Virus record (IMG/VR): IMGVR_UViG_3300031957_001675
Span: 1,576-65,575 of that record
Direction: 5' to 3' (one strand)
Origin: a virus
Lineage: Duplodnaviria > Caudoviricetes
Length of the DNA: 64,000 nucleotides
The translations under genes and the position numbers were made by a program. The notes under the pieces are model-generated. The model made no database searches. It was not told where the DNA came from and saw only the letters and a list, made by a program, of their open reading frames with translations. Numbering within the stretch: the stretch's first letter is position 1; each line of letters starts with the position of its first letter. Positions 41,650 to 50,724 of the stretch are shown piece by piece.

Positions 41650-41805
41650 ATGGAAGACAAATTTGTAAATATTAAGATACGAAAAGAATACCGTGATATG
41701 TTGAAAGATTATTCAAAGAATCACGGATATAAGATGTATGCTCTTATTGAAGAACTTATAAAAGAGAAGTGTACGAAAAGAATATTATATTCTAATCAAA
41801 CATAA
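41650..41805 (+). CDS. Ribbon-helix-helix DNA-binding protein (51 aa; below the ORF-track cutoff)
   Basis: MEDKFVNIKIRKEYRDMLKDYSKNHGYKMYALIEELIKEKC: alternating beta strand, helix, G turn, helix. Confidence 0.7.
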   Translation: MEDKFVNIKIRKEYRDMLKDYSKNHGYKMYALIEELIKEKCTKRILYSNQT

Positions 41806-44800
41806 TGTTACTATAATCTTTTTCTTTTTTAATTTCTAATAACGTATCAACCGCATCTCTCATTGAATCTATGTGAGATACGATTAATGTAAATTGAAAT
41901 TGTGATTTGAGATATTGAAATAAACTATATACTGAATTAAGGTTATCTGAATCCATTGTACCCCAACCCTCGTCAATAGCTAAGAAGTTACTTCGTGGTA
42001 AGTTACTAACGTTTATTAGTCCAACACGAACAGCCAAACTTGATATAAATCTTTCCATACCACTACTTAGTTCTAATGGCCAGATATTATCATCATCATA
42101 TACAATATAGTTATTTATATTTTTACCATCCATTTCAAATACCATCTGAAAATCTACAAGTTGAGAAAGTATATTATTTACTTCACCTTCGATAGTAGGC
42201 AAAGCTTTTGAAATTAAATCATAAGGTACACCATCACGTTTGACTGCATCAAGATAATATTGATATGCCTCATACTTATCTTCAAGTTCTTCTACTTTTT
42301 TAATATTATCTAATATACTACGTCTTTTTGTATCTACAACTTTAATTTCACCAAATATATTATTTGTATTATCTGTAACCATATCAAGACTGTTATTTAT
42401 ATCATCTAATTCAGATTCAACTTTTTGTATTTCATTTTCTATTTGCTGATTAAACATAATATCATTTTCTTGTTCATAATACTTAACTATTTTTTCTTCA
42501 ATAGTTGTTAATTGATGCAATACATTTTTTCGTTTCTCATCAAGTAGAACTTTACTACTATTAGTTTCACTCATCAAAGTTGATACTTGTTGTAGTTTAT
42601 TGATATTATCATCTAAATCTAACTTTGCTTCTCTTAACTCAGATAGATTTTTCATCTCATAAGATATTTCATCCATCTTCTGTAAATGTTCTTTTACTCT
42701 TTGTTTATCTTTATCAACAGATTTTTGAGTCTCTATAGCGTCGAGTGTAAACGGATTTTTCATACAGTAATCACAATCTTCATCATACTCTAATATACCT
42801 AATTTTTCAATCTTATCTAATTTATTACGAACTTCTATTTTGAGTTTAGATAATTCTTGATTCAGTTTATCGTGTTCTGCATTTAATTTTTCACCTTCAA
42901 CAAATTTTTCATTTGTATTTTGTTCTTCGTGATACTTTATTTTTAATCTTATTTGTTCTTCTAATATATTGACTTTTTCAGTTTTTGAAATAACCTCACC
43001 TAATTGATTGTCAATATTACTAAGTGTAGTGGTCAATACTTCTTTATTTTCTTTTAAGTTGTTTATATCACCGATTGATTTATCAGTTGGTTTTAATTTT
43101 TTTGTTAATGTTATTATTTGACTTTCAATTAATTTCTTTTTAGATTGAATTTCATTTTTTTCATTTAATAGTTTTTTATGTGTCTTTTTAAATTCTTCTT
43201 TCTGTTCTTTAATGTCAGCTAAATCTTTTTCCCAATCATTTTGTTTAAAGTTTTTTAATACAGCAGATACGTCTTTTATTTCTTCTGAAGCTGTTGTCCA
43301 TAATCTATCAAATATCTCTAACCCCATAAACTGAGCAAGAAGTGTTTTCTTTTCTTTTTGAGTTTTTTCAATAAAGACAGAATTTTTAATTTGAGAAGAA
43401 AGAGCTGTTAGAATAAAATCATCATACGACCCTATAACTTTTTTAATATTATTTTGAGTACTTCTTCTTTGGTCACCATTCATTGATACTTTTTCACCAG
43501 TATCATCTATTGTGTAGAAATCAACATCTACTTTGACATTACCTCTTCTTTGTTTCTTTGCAACTCGTTCAATATAATAGTCTTGACCATCTATTTCAAA
43601 ATTTACTTTACAGAAAAAATCTTTCTTTTTATTATTAAGAACGTTTTCAGCTTTAAATGCTCTAGCACACGTATCAAATAAACAAAATGATAGAGCATCT
43701 AGGAGTGATGATTTACCTGCTGCATTAGGAGCAAACATACCAACAATACCATTTAATTTAGTAAAGTCTACTTTATTGTTTTCACCATAACTAAACATAT
43801 TAGAAAACTCAAAATGTTTAAGTTTCCAATTTACATTTCTATAAACTTCTTCTTCTGGTATAATCTGATTTAATGATTCATTAATATTTTTTATTTTTAA
43901 TAAAACATCATCACTCACAATATGATTATTACTAAGATATTCTCTTATTAAGTTGAATTGAACATCAGTGCTATTTATATCTCCTACTGATATTTTATCG
44001 TTTCTAACTCTATCGTTATTATAAATTGTATCAGTTCTGGTAACTGACATTTCTTCTACACCATATCTATCGTGAATCACTGCAAGAGCTTTTTTAAGTT
44101 CTGTTGCTGATGTGTTTGCCACACGAACTCTAAGTCTTGCCTTAGTTGGCATATCATCTACATCTGGTACGATACCTTTATCTATATCTAAAGTGTAATA
44201 ACCATAATCATTTTTTACTTCAATATATTCAGATGTTCTCTTTGGTACATCCCATAAAAGATATCCATGAGATAGTCCTTCTCCGTGATTTTGTTGAACT
44301 AGAGAACCGCAGTAAGAAATAGTTTCTTCTTTATTTAAATGTTGTCTTTTATGAATATCACCGAGTAACCCTAAATCATAACCTTTAAACTTTGTAATCT
44401 TCACATCCGAGGGTAGTCTAAAACCTAAATCAGTTTCACATCTATCTACTGTACCGTGAAACAAAACAACTTTAGTATCACCTTCTACTTGGTCGGCTGT
44501 GATAAAATCTTTCTCATCAGTCCAACAATCCCATACTACAAATGTTGTATCAGCACATTTATATACACCACTATCTTTTAGATAATGTAAGTTAGGGTGA
44601 TTTAAATTATTAACAATTGGTGTCAATACATCAAGTCGAGAGCGATTATTTAGATTACAATCGTGATTACCTGCTATAATAATAGTAGGTACAATATCTG
44701 CTAGATTTTTAAATAACCTTGATAATTGGTCAACCAATTCTGGTGACATATCAGTTTTAGAGTGAGCTATATCACCACCGATATAAGCTACTGCGTTGTC

Positions 44801-44947
44801 TTTATTTTTTCGTACTTCCTCGTAAGTTCTTTCAAACACTTGTTCATATTCTTTATGACGTTTTAGATTACGAATCTGTATATCTGAAATGTGGTGTATA
44901 TGTTTTAATTTACGAAATGGAACTTTTACGATATTTTGTTCTATCAA
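41792..44947 (-). CDS. Fused Mre11/SbcD nuclease - Rad50/SbcC ATPase (T4 gp47-gp46-like)
   Basis: SDIQ, GGDIAH, AGNHD, FHG and LGDIH phosphoesterase motifs; NAAGKSS Walker A; CDYC zinc hook; SSGMERF signature; IDEG Walker B; VSH motif. Confidence 0.93.
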   Translation of the reverse strand: MIEQNIVKVPFRKLKHIHHISDIQIRNLKRHKEYEQVFERTYEEVRKNKDNAVAYIGGDIAHSKTDMSPELVDQLSRLFKNLADIVPTIIIAGNHDCNLNNRSRLDVLTPIVNNLNHPNLHYLKDSGVYKCADTTFVVWDCWTDEKDFITADQVEGDTKVVLFHGTVDRCETDLGFRLPSDVKITKFKGYDLGLLGDIHKRQHLNKEETISYCGSLVQQNHGEGLSHGYLLWDVPKRTSEYIEVKNDYGYYTLDIDKGIVPDVDDMPTKARLRVRVANTSATELKKALAVIHDRYGVEEMSVTRTDTIYNNDRVRNDKISVGDINSTDVQFNLIREYLSNNHIVSDDVLLKIKNINESLNQIIPEEEVYRNVNWKLKHFEFSNMFSYGENNKVDFTKLNGIVGMFAPNAAGKSSLLDALSFCLFDTCARAFKAENVLNNKKKDFFCKVNFEIDGQDYYIERVAKKQRRGNVKVDVDFYTIDDTGEKVSMNGDQRRSTQNNIKKVIGSYDDFILTALSSQIKNSVFIEKTQKEKKTLLAQFMGLEIFDRLWTTASEEIKDVSAVLKNFKQNDWEKDLADIKEQKEEFKKTHKKLLNEKNEIQSKKKLIESQIITLTKKLKPTDKSIGDINNLKENKEVLTTTLSNIDNQLGEVISKTEKVNILEEQIRLKIKYHEEQNTNEKFVEGEKLNAEHDKLNQELSKLKIEVRNKLDKIEKLGILEYDEDCDYCMKNPFTLDAIETQKSVDKDKQRVKEHLQKMDEISYEMKNLSELREAKLDLDDNINKLQQVSTLMSETNSSKVLLDEKRKNVLHQLTTIEEKIVKYYEQENDIMFNQQIENEIQKVESELDDINNSLDMVTDNTNNIFGEIKVVDTKRRSILDNIKKVEELEDKYEAYQYYLDAVKRDGVPYDLISKALPTIEGEVNNILSQLVDFQMVFEMDGKNINNYIVYDDDNIWPLELSSGMERFISSLAVRVGLINVSNLPRSNFLAIDEGWGTMDSDNLNSVYSLFQYLKSQFQFTLIVSHIDSMRDAVDTLLEIKKEKDYSNIMFD

Positions 44948-45168
44948 CTAAAATCCTTGATGTGTTTCTTCACATCGCTTATGTATGTATTTGATACTAC
45001 AATATCCCAACCTATTGGTTTAGAAAAACTTTTATCATAGTACTTAGTACACGTATCTATTTGGTTCATAAGATTAAATGTTTGGCATACACTTTCCATA
45101 AGTTTAGAGTCTGTAATGTGGACTTTCCAATCATCATAGTATTTCCATATGTTTTTTTGTTTTGCCAT
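44944..45168 (-). CDS. Hypothetical protein (74 aa)
   Basis: ORF overlaps both neighbours in the operon. Confidence 0.5.
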   Translation of the reverse strand: MAKQKNIWKYYDDWKVHITDSKLMESVCQTFNLMNQIDTCTKYYDKSFSKPIGWDIVVSNTYISDVKKHIKDFS

Positions 45169-46081
45169 TTAATTTTAACCTCATTAAATCTGAGAACTTA
45201 GTTTGTTTTGTCTTACTTATTAAATATAACAAACTTTTAAAACCAGTCTCACTTGGGTCTTTTTCTTCAAATTTCATCATTTTGACTTTTATACCATTAT
45301 TAATGAAATGTTCTGAAATCTTTGTAGCTTCTATCATTGCATCATTGTCTAAAGCTAAGTATATAGTTTTTACTCTTGATTCAATTATTTTTTTCTGTAG
45401 AGTTTTCATAACTGTTTTACCGAATAAAGGGATTGCATTTCTTTTAAATGCCATAGCATCAAACACACCCTCACATAATATAAGTGGTTCATCCCAATTA
45501 ATAAATAAATCAAATCCAATAATATCTTTAGAAGTAGGTGAATTACGATATTTCATCTTACTACTATAAAAGTCTCTACCTACAAAAAAATTTAACGTAC
45601 CATCTAAATCATATGATGGAATGATAATACGATTAGAATATAAACCCGAATCACAATAACCAATGTTATATTTTAAAATATCTTCATCTGTTATGTTTCT
45701 TTTATATAGATAACTTAATGCATGTCTTTTAACAATACTATCATTACCATTCCATAGTGGTTTAAACTCTTTTGGTAATTCTACTACTTCAGTTTTTTTT
45801 CTATCTTCTTTTTTATATTTATATGAATCACCGACTAATTCATTAAGTTCTTCAAAATGTTGATGTGAAGCATTGACTTTTTTAAATAACTGAAACAATG
45901 TACGACCACCTGTATTAGATACCCAACAATGCCAATTTTGATTCTTAATATTAATCTGTAACTTTTGTTTATGATGAGATACGAAAGGACTCCAATACAT
46001 AAACTCATTTTCTTTTTTTAACTTAGTTCCATTACTACTAAGAACTCTGTTAATAAGATTTACAATTTTATTTTGATTCAT
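45134..46081 (-). CDS. DNA primase (TOPRIM)
   Basis: YLYKRNI, RIIIP, F.GR, KY.NS, CEGVFDA and LALDNDA motifs; degenerate N-terminal zinc finger. Confidence 0.88.
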   Translation of the reverse strand: MNQNKIVNLINRVLSSNGTKLKKENEFMYWSPFVSHHKQKLQINIKNQNWHCWVSNTGGRTLFQLFKKVNASHQHFEELNELVGDSYKYKKEDRKKTEVVELPKEFKPLWNGNDSIVKRHALSYLYKRNITDEDILKYNIGYCDSGLYSNRIIIPSYDLDGTLNFFVGRDFYSSKMKYRNSPTSKDIIGFDLFINWDEPLILCEGVFDAMAFKRNAIPLFGKTVMKTLQKKIIESRVKTIYLALDNDAMIEATKISEHFINNGIKVKMMKFEEKDPSETGFKSLLYLISKTKQTKFSDLMRLKLNGKTKKHMEIL

Positions 46082-46409
46082 TTAATAATTCTAATAACTT
46101 GTCAAATTCTAAAACAGCATATGTTTTAGTTCTGTTTCTTTTAAATATCAACAATGGTGTGTGAACACCACTATTATTTTCTGCTTGTTCTAATGAAGAC
46201 CAGATATTTAGTTTTTCTTGATTTTTACATTCTACTGAGAAAGGAAATAGTTTTCTTGCAGCTGGTGATAAAAGAATATCTTCTCCACTATCACCCATAG
46301 TAATAGAACGAACATCATCTTGTTCTAATGTTTCAAATTTCTCGAGGATTAAATCTCTAACGTCATTCTGTAACCGTTTACCTTTATTCTTTGCCGAACG
46401 AGGTTTCAT
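46068..46409 (-). CDS. PD-(D/E)xK nuclease, Holliday junction resolvase-like
   Basis: K.KG.RLQ...GEDI...SVECKNQE...QA...P.LIFKRNR motifs. Confidence 0.75.
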   Translation of the reverse strand: MKPRSAKNKGKRLQNDVRDLILEKFETLEQDDVRSITMGDSGEDILLSPAARKLFPFSVECKNQEKLNIWSSLEQAENNSGVHTPLLIFKRNRTKTYAVLEFDKLLELLNESK

Positions 46410-46489
46410 CTATATATTCTTCTCTTTTACTTTTATAAAATAGTCTATTATAATTATAATTGTAAAACATCAAATTACATTTTATTTTT

Positions 46490-47689
46490 CTACTTTTCAT
46501 AGTCGAGTGAAAAATCTTTATAACCATACTTATCCCAACTAGCTACTTCGTCTTCAAAACCTTCATATTTATCACTTGTATTTATAATTTTTTTAATTAC
46601 TTGTACTATAGGTGTCTTTTCATCTTTATCGTCATAAATGTTATCAGCTTGTGGAAAATCTTCTTGTGTATAACCACCTTTTTCAAACCAAGGTTCTGGT
46701 TTATTATCACTAATACCTAAAATTCTAGGTAATCCTGTAGATAGAAATCCTGTATCTGGTTCACCACCATCTGCTGAATAACTATTATTATTAGAACTAC
46801 TTTCCGTAACCACCTCTATTATTTTATTTTTCCATTTACGATATTCTCTCTTACCCCACTTTTCAGCTATCTCTTCAAACTTATTATCATCGTGAAAGTC
46901 ACCACCTTTTTGTACAGCTAGTTCACCTGCTACAGTATAAAACTTCTCATATTTTTTAGCACCCATTTTCTTTCTATCTAATGCGTGTTTAATTTCGTGT
47001 AAAACTGTTATTAAAAATTCTTTGACACTCGAATAACTTTTTCTTAAATTTATAGTGTCGGTTATCCAATCATAATCTGCCATATTATTACCACTTGTAA
47101 ATCTTACTTTTGATTTTAATCGATATTTTTTTACCAATTTTTCAGCTGTATCTAAAAAGTCAATTCTTTCCAATAACAGATAACCTGTTGTGTTTTCTAT
47201 TGATTTTTTTAATGATTTCTTTTTTGCTTCCCATTCCTCTGGTTTAATAAAACCTGTGGCACCTTTTAGACCTTTTATATTCGCAGTTCGTGATGCCTCA
47301 TCTATATTGTTTATTACTTTAATAACTCTTTTATCAAATGGTTTTGGTAATTCATCTATAGGAAAATAACCCCAATCAGTATGTTCGTGATTTATACGGG
47401 GTACAAATTGTTTATCACCTTTACACATAAAAACGTGAAATTGACCACCTTTGTTTTTAGGTGATTTATGTGAAAATTTAATTGGTTTATTAAGTATGAT
47501 TTGAGTCTCTTCAGAAAACTCTCTGTAAGCACCTTCTTCAGGTGTTTCATCGATATGAATATGACCTTTAGGTATACCCCACAAACCTTCAGTGCTTAAA
47601 CAACAAAGCAAAGTATTATTATAAAAGTAAGCTATACCAGCTGCGTCTTTTGAATCTTTACTTTCTATTATTTGTTTTAATTTAATCAT
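46490..47689 (-). CDS. Polyprotein: Nudix hydrolase plus HEXXH metallopeptidase-like domain (MIKLKQIIE leader)
   Basis: Nudix box GHIHIDETPEEGAYREFSEET; VLHEIKHALD...E..AE zincin motif; junctions NIDE, LLLE and VVTE. Confidence 0.75.
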   Translation of the reverse strand: MIKLKQIIESKDSKDAAGIAYFYNNTLLCCLSTEGLWGIPKGHIHIDETPEEGAYREFSEETQIILNKPIKFSHKSPKNKGGQFHVFMCKGDKQFVPRINHEHTDWGYFPIDELPKPFDKRVIKVINNIDEASRTANIKGLKGATGFIKPEEWEAKKKSLKKSIENTTGYLLLERIDFLDTAEKLVKKYRLKSKVRFTSGNNMADYDWITDTINLRKSYSSVKEFLITVLHEIKHALDRKKMGAKKYEKFYTVAGELAVQKGGDFHDDNKFEEIAEKWGKREYRKWKNKIIEVVTESSSNNNSYSADGGEPDTGFLSTGLPRILGISDNKPEPWFEKGGYTQEDFPQADNIYDDKDEKTPIVQVIKKIINTSDKYEGFEDEVASWDKYGYKDFSLDYEK

Positions 47690-47891
47690 TACATATCTCA
47701 CAAGAACAATTTTTTAATTCTTCAGGTAATTCTGTTCTTGTTATTTCATTCCCGTCTTTGTCTTTTATAGTTAAATCAGAAGGTTTTTTTACCATAATAT
47801 CTTCTACAGCTAAGTCATCAATATGACAGCCACAATGATTACATACTTTAGAAATTTGTTGACCACTTGATGTAAACTTTACTCGTATCAT
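47682..47891 (-). CDS. Small Cys-rich protein (CNHCGC...CSCEIC)
   Basis: 69-aa ORF with paired cysteine motifs. Confidence 0.55.
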   Translation of the reverse strand: MIRVKFTSSGQQISKVCNHCGCHIDDLAVEDIMVKKPSDLTIKDKDGNEITRTELPEELKNCSCEICND

Positions 47892-48040
47892 CTTCTACCA
47901 TATACTGGAAATTGAGGTCCTTTTTCTGCTTGTTTAGCTAACCACTTTTTGTGTTGTTTAGCTGTTCTACCTTCAGTAGCCCATTTTTCGTTTAATGCCG
48001 CTTTTTTCTTTTTTCTATTTTTAGCTTCTTTACTTGGCAT
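47888..48040 (-). CDS. Small basic protein (50 aa; not in the ORF track)
   Basis: MPSKEAKNRKKKKAALNEKWATEGRTAKQHKKW...; GGAGG upstream and ATGA overlap downstream. Confidence 0.6.
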   Translation of the reverse strand: MPSKEAKNRKKKKAALNEKWATEGRTAKQHKKWLAKQAEKGPQFPVYGRR

Positions 48041-48263
48041 CTTTTCCTCCCATAACTTTTTCAACACCAGCTATTCCAAAACAACCAAGTGTTATATATA
48101 AAAAACTATTATAAACAAAATCATTTATAGGTAAATCTAAACCCATATAACCAGTAACTAAATCTACTGCACTATACATACCCATAATTGTAAATGATAA
48201 AAATCCTATAATTGTTTTTTCATTAAACTCATTTTCATCTTTAAAAATATCTTTGAAAGCCAT
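48030..48263 (-). CDS. Two-transmembrane small protein, holin-like
   Basis: Two hydrophobic segments, charged termini, 77 aa. Confidence 0.5.
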   Translation of the reverse strand: MAFKDIFKDENEFNEKTIIGFLSFTIMGMYSAVDLVTGYMGLDLPINDFVYNSFLYITLGCFGIAGVEKVMGGKDAK

Positions 48264-48264
48264 T

Positions 48265-48987
48265 CTATTTCCAATCCCAAAGTTTTATGAGATTATAAGT
48301 AATACCTATACCCCATATTGGTTCTGTTAAACCTGTTATTTGATTATATGTTACACCTAACATAGGTCCTATTGAAATTTGATTTCTTGGTGGTTTGATT
48401 TTAATCACCTCACTTTTACCACCTTTTATTTTCAAATTCAAAAATTCATTATCTGGGTAAATAGCTTGAAATTCATATCTATCTAATTTCTCTATCGAAG
48501 GAGGTCCTAAATTAAGTTCTCCTTCAAAGTCGGCTATTGTTTCAGATTGTACGACTTTATTGTCTTTTATACGAAGACCAGTTCTACCAAAGACTTTTAT
48601 ATAACTATCTTGAGTCCCAAATTCTTTTAAAAAAGGAACTGTAGAAGCTTCAACACTTAATAACTCTAATCGCATTAACTCTAACGTGTCTTGAAGATTC
48701 TGTATTTTTTGTTCGTATTCTTTACTCCAACGAACTATGTCATATAAATCTTTAGATAATGTTTTAAATTTTTTATCTTGAGTATCATTATCTTTTTGTA
48801 ATTTTTTTGTTATAGTTGATAAACTATCTATAGAACTTTCATTTGTGACTATTAATTGTTCTTGTCTATCACTATCACTTTTAAGAAAATCAACTTCTTG
48901 TTTAGCATAAAAGTAACGAACACCTATTATTGTTAAAACTGTAATTATGTTTATTAAGTTTATACCTATTACGTAACTTTTTTTCAT
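48265..48987 (-). CDS. Membrane-anchored coiled-coil protein, spanin-like
   Basis: N-terminal TM helix, coiled coil and C-terminal amphipathic beta hairpin (GIGITYNL); adjacent to the holin-like gene. Confidence 0.45.
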   Translation of the reverse strand: MKKSYVIGINLINIITVLTIIGVRYFYAKQEVDFLKSDSDRQEQLIVTNESSIDSLSTITKKLQKDNDTQDKKFKTLSKDLYDIVRWSKEYEQKIQNLQDTLELMRLELLSVEASTVPFLKEFGTQDSYIKVFGRTGLRIKDNKVVQSETIADFEGELNLGPPSIEKLDRYEFQAIYPDNEFLNLKIKGGKSEVIKIKPPRNQISIGPMLGVTYNQITGLTEPIWGIGITYNLIKLWDWK

Positions 48988-49124
48988 TTTGATAACTCCT
49001 TACTTGCATAATCTTTTAAGACATCAGGTAACCAAGCGTGAATAAAAAGAGCTCCACTCAATTTCATTGCTCTCAACCAATGTGACCAATACCCAATGTT
49101 ATTTTCTTTTAAATGTTTTATCAT
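48984..49124 (-). CDS. Small protein, DUF6356-like (46 aa; not in the ORF track)
   Basis: MIKHLKENNIGYWSHWLRAMKLSGALFIHAWLPDVLKDYAS; ATGA overlaps at both ends. Confidence 0.6.
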   Translation of the reverse strand: MIKHLKENNIGYWSHWLRAMKLSGALFIHAWLPDVLKDYASKELSK

Positions 49125-49726
49125 TTTAAATCTTTTGTTGCTATATCAATTGCTTTTCTTACAGCTCCTCCTAGTTCACTTTGATTAAAAGGTAAACTCT
49201 CTTCTATTTGTAAAGCTGTTGCTGTAATGTTTGTCTGTATTGTACCTGTACCTCGTCCTGTCATCACTCTACCTGTAGCTACTTCTTGGACCATCACGTT
49301 CATACGAACTTCTGTTTCTGTTTTTCTACGATTAAATATACCTATAATACTAAAAGCCTCATCAGGTCTACCGACATAAACGATTTCTGCTGTCACAACA
49401 AAATTAGCATTGTCATCAGCTACTAGGTTATATTTACTTTCAGAAAATGTTTCTTCTAACAACTGACGAACTCCCATTGTTACTCTGTCGTCTTGTATAC
49501 CAACTCTATCTGCTACTCTTACAAACTCACTAATCTTTAGTGTTGGTACAATCAAGTCCTCACCTAATATAGCTGGTTGTGGTAGTGCAGATTCTTTTTG
49601 TTCTTGTAATTTTTTTTCACGTTCTTTATCACGTTCTAATCTTGAACGCATTATCTCACCTTGACCTGATGCTATTTCCATCATAGCGAATCCTAGTAGT
49701 AAGAAAATTAAGAATCTACGTTTCAT
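49121..49726 (-). CDS. Secreted CsgG/TolB-N-like protein
   Basis: Signal peptide, then V..LLEE.......Y.LV...A.FVVTAEI...EVRMNV...EVATGRV..G.G.G...AVRKAI alpha/beta pattern. Confidence 0.55.
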   Translation of the reverse strand: MKRRFLIFLLLGFAMMEIASGQGEIMRSRLERDKEREKKLQEQKESALPQPAILGEDLIVPTLKISEFVRVADRVGIQDDRVTMGVRQLLEETFSESKYNLVADDNANFVVTAEIVYVGRPDEAFSIIGIFNRRKTETEVRMNVMVQEVATGRVMTGRGTGTIQTNITATALQIEESLPFNQSELGGAVRKAIDIATKDLK

Positions 49727-49735
49727 TTTTGTCTC

Positions 49736-50719
49736 CTAAAAATAAGTCCCAAATAATACTGAAAATGTTTTGTTTCTATCCCCATAATCATTTACAACTG
49801 TATTGTACCCCATTGATATACCCACATTAAATGTAAATGCTGTACCTACTCTCCAATCAAATGAAATAGTAGGGAAGAAGATTATAGGACTTCTCAAGAA
49901 TAAATATCGACCACCTTCAATATTTCCTTCATAATATCGCAGTAGAGTATATGCTATATAACTTGAAAATGTTACCTCACCAAAATTAAATTTGGCAGGA
50001 TATCTAATAGCGTACATTCCTGTTACATTTCCAAATCCAACACCACTTACTCTACCATAACTCATTGTCAATACTGCAGCTTCAGGGTTACTTTTAACAA
50101 GTGATTTAGCTGCTGAAGCACTTAACAACCAATCCCAACCTTCAAACGTTTTATAAGTCAATCCACTTGATGATAATTGTAAACTTTGTTTTTTAGCTTT
50201 AAATCTGAATCCTCGTCCATACGTCAAAGATGTTTTTCTGAAATCATTTGTAAAGTTAAAGTTACCATCGTGTCTACTACTACCATCAAATGATGTAGCG
50301 GTATAAACACTATTAAACTGAGTTATCCATCTATCTTCTCCTTGTGTAGAACGAATAGCATAGTTAACCTGAGTTGGGTCATTACTAATATCACTTTTAC
50401 TAAATTGTTCAGTAACGTTATCAGCAATGACTGAAGATAATATTTCTTCAGCTACTTTAACGGCACACGGAAAAAGTCTTTCAAAATCATTATAAACTTT
50501 TTCAGTCCAAGATTCTAACTGACCTTCTAATACTTCTTGTAATGTAAAAAACTTAGTACGATTGTAATAAGTAACTTGAAATCCTTGTTGACCATCACCA
50601 CCTATAACGGTGTTTGTTCTAATAACGGTTTGTTCACAAGGGTCTACATAACTATAAAAGAATGATTGGGCAGAGATACTACTCAATAAAAATAAAAAAC
50701 TAAATAACCTCTGCCTCAT
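49736..50719 (-). CDS. Putative outer-membrane beta-barrel protein
   Basis: Signal peptide, alternating aromatic beta strands, C-terminal FSVLFGTYF resembling a BAM beta-signal. Confidence 0.65.
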   Translation of the reverse strand: MRQRLFSFLFLLSSISAQSFFYSYVDPCEQTVIRTNTVIGGDGQQGFQVTYYNRTKFFTLQEVLEGQLESWTEKVYNDFERLFPCAVKVAEEILSSVIADNVTEQFSKSDISNDPTQVNYAIRSTQGEDRWITQFNSVYTATSFDGSSRHDGNFNFTNDFRKTSLTYGRGFRFKAKKQSLQLSSSGLTYKTFEGWDWLLSASAAKSLVKSNPEAAVLTMSYGRVSGVGFGNVTGMYAIRYPAKFNFGEVTFSSYIAYTLLRYYEGNIEGGRYLFLRSPIIFFPTISFDWRVGTAFTFNVGISMGYNTVVNDYGDRNKTFSVLFGTYF

Positions 50720-50724
50720 TCATA

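Noticed and set aside
46410-46489. Possible sigma70-like promoter (TTGATG...TATAAT) upstream of the resolvase/primase genes
   Set aside because: Plausible, but the spacing is short and the region is too AT-rich to call with confidence.
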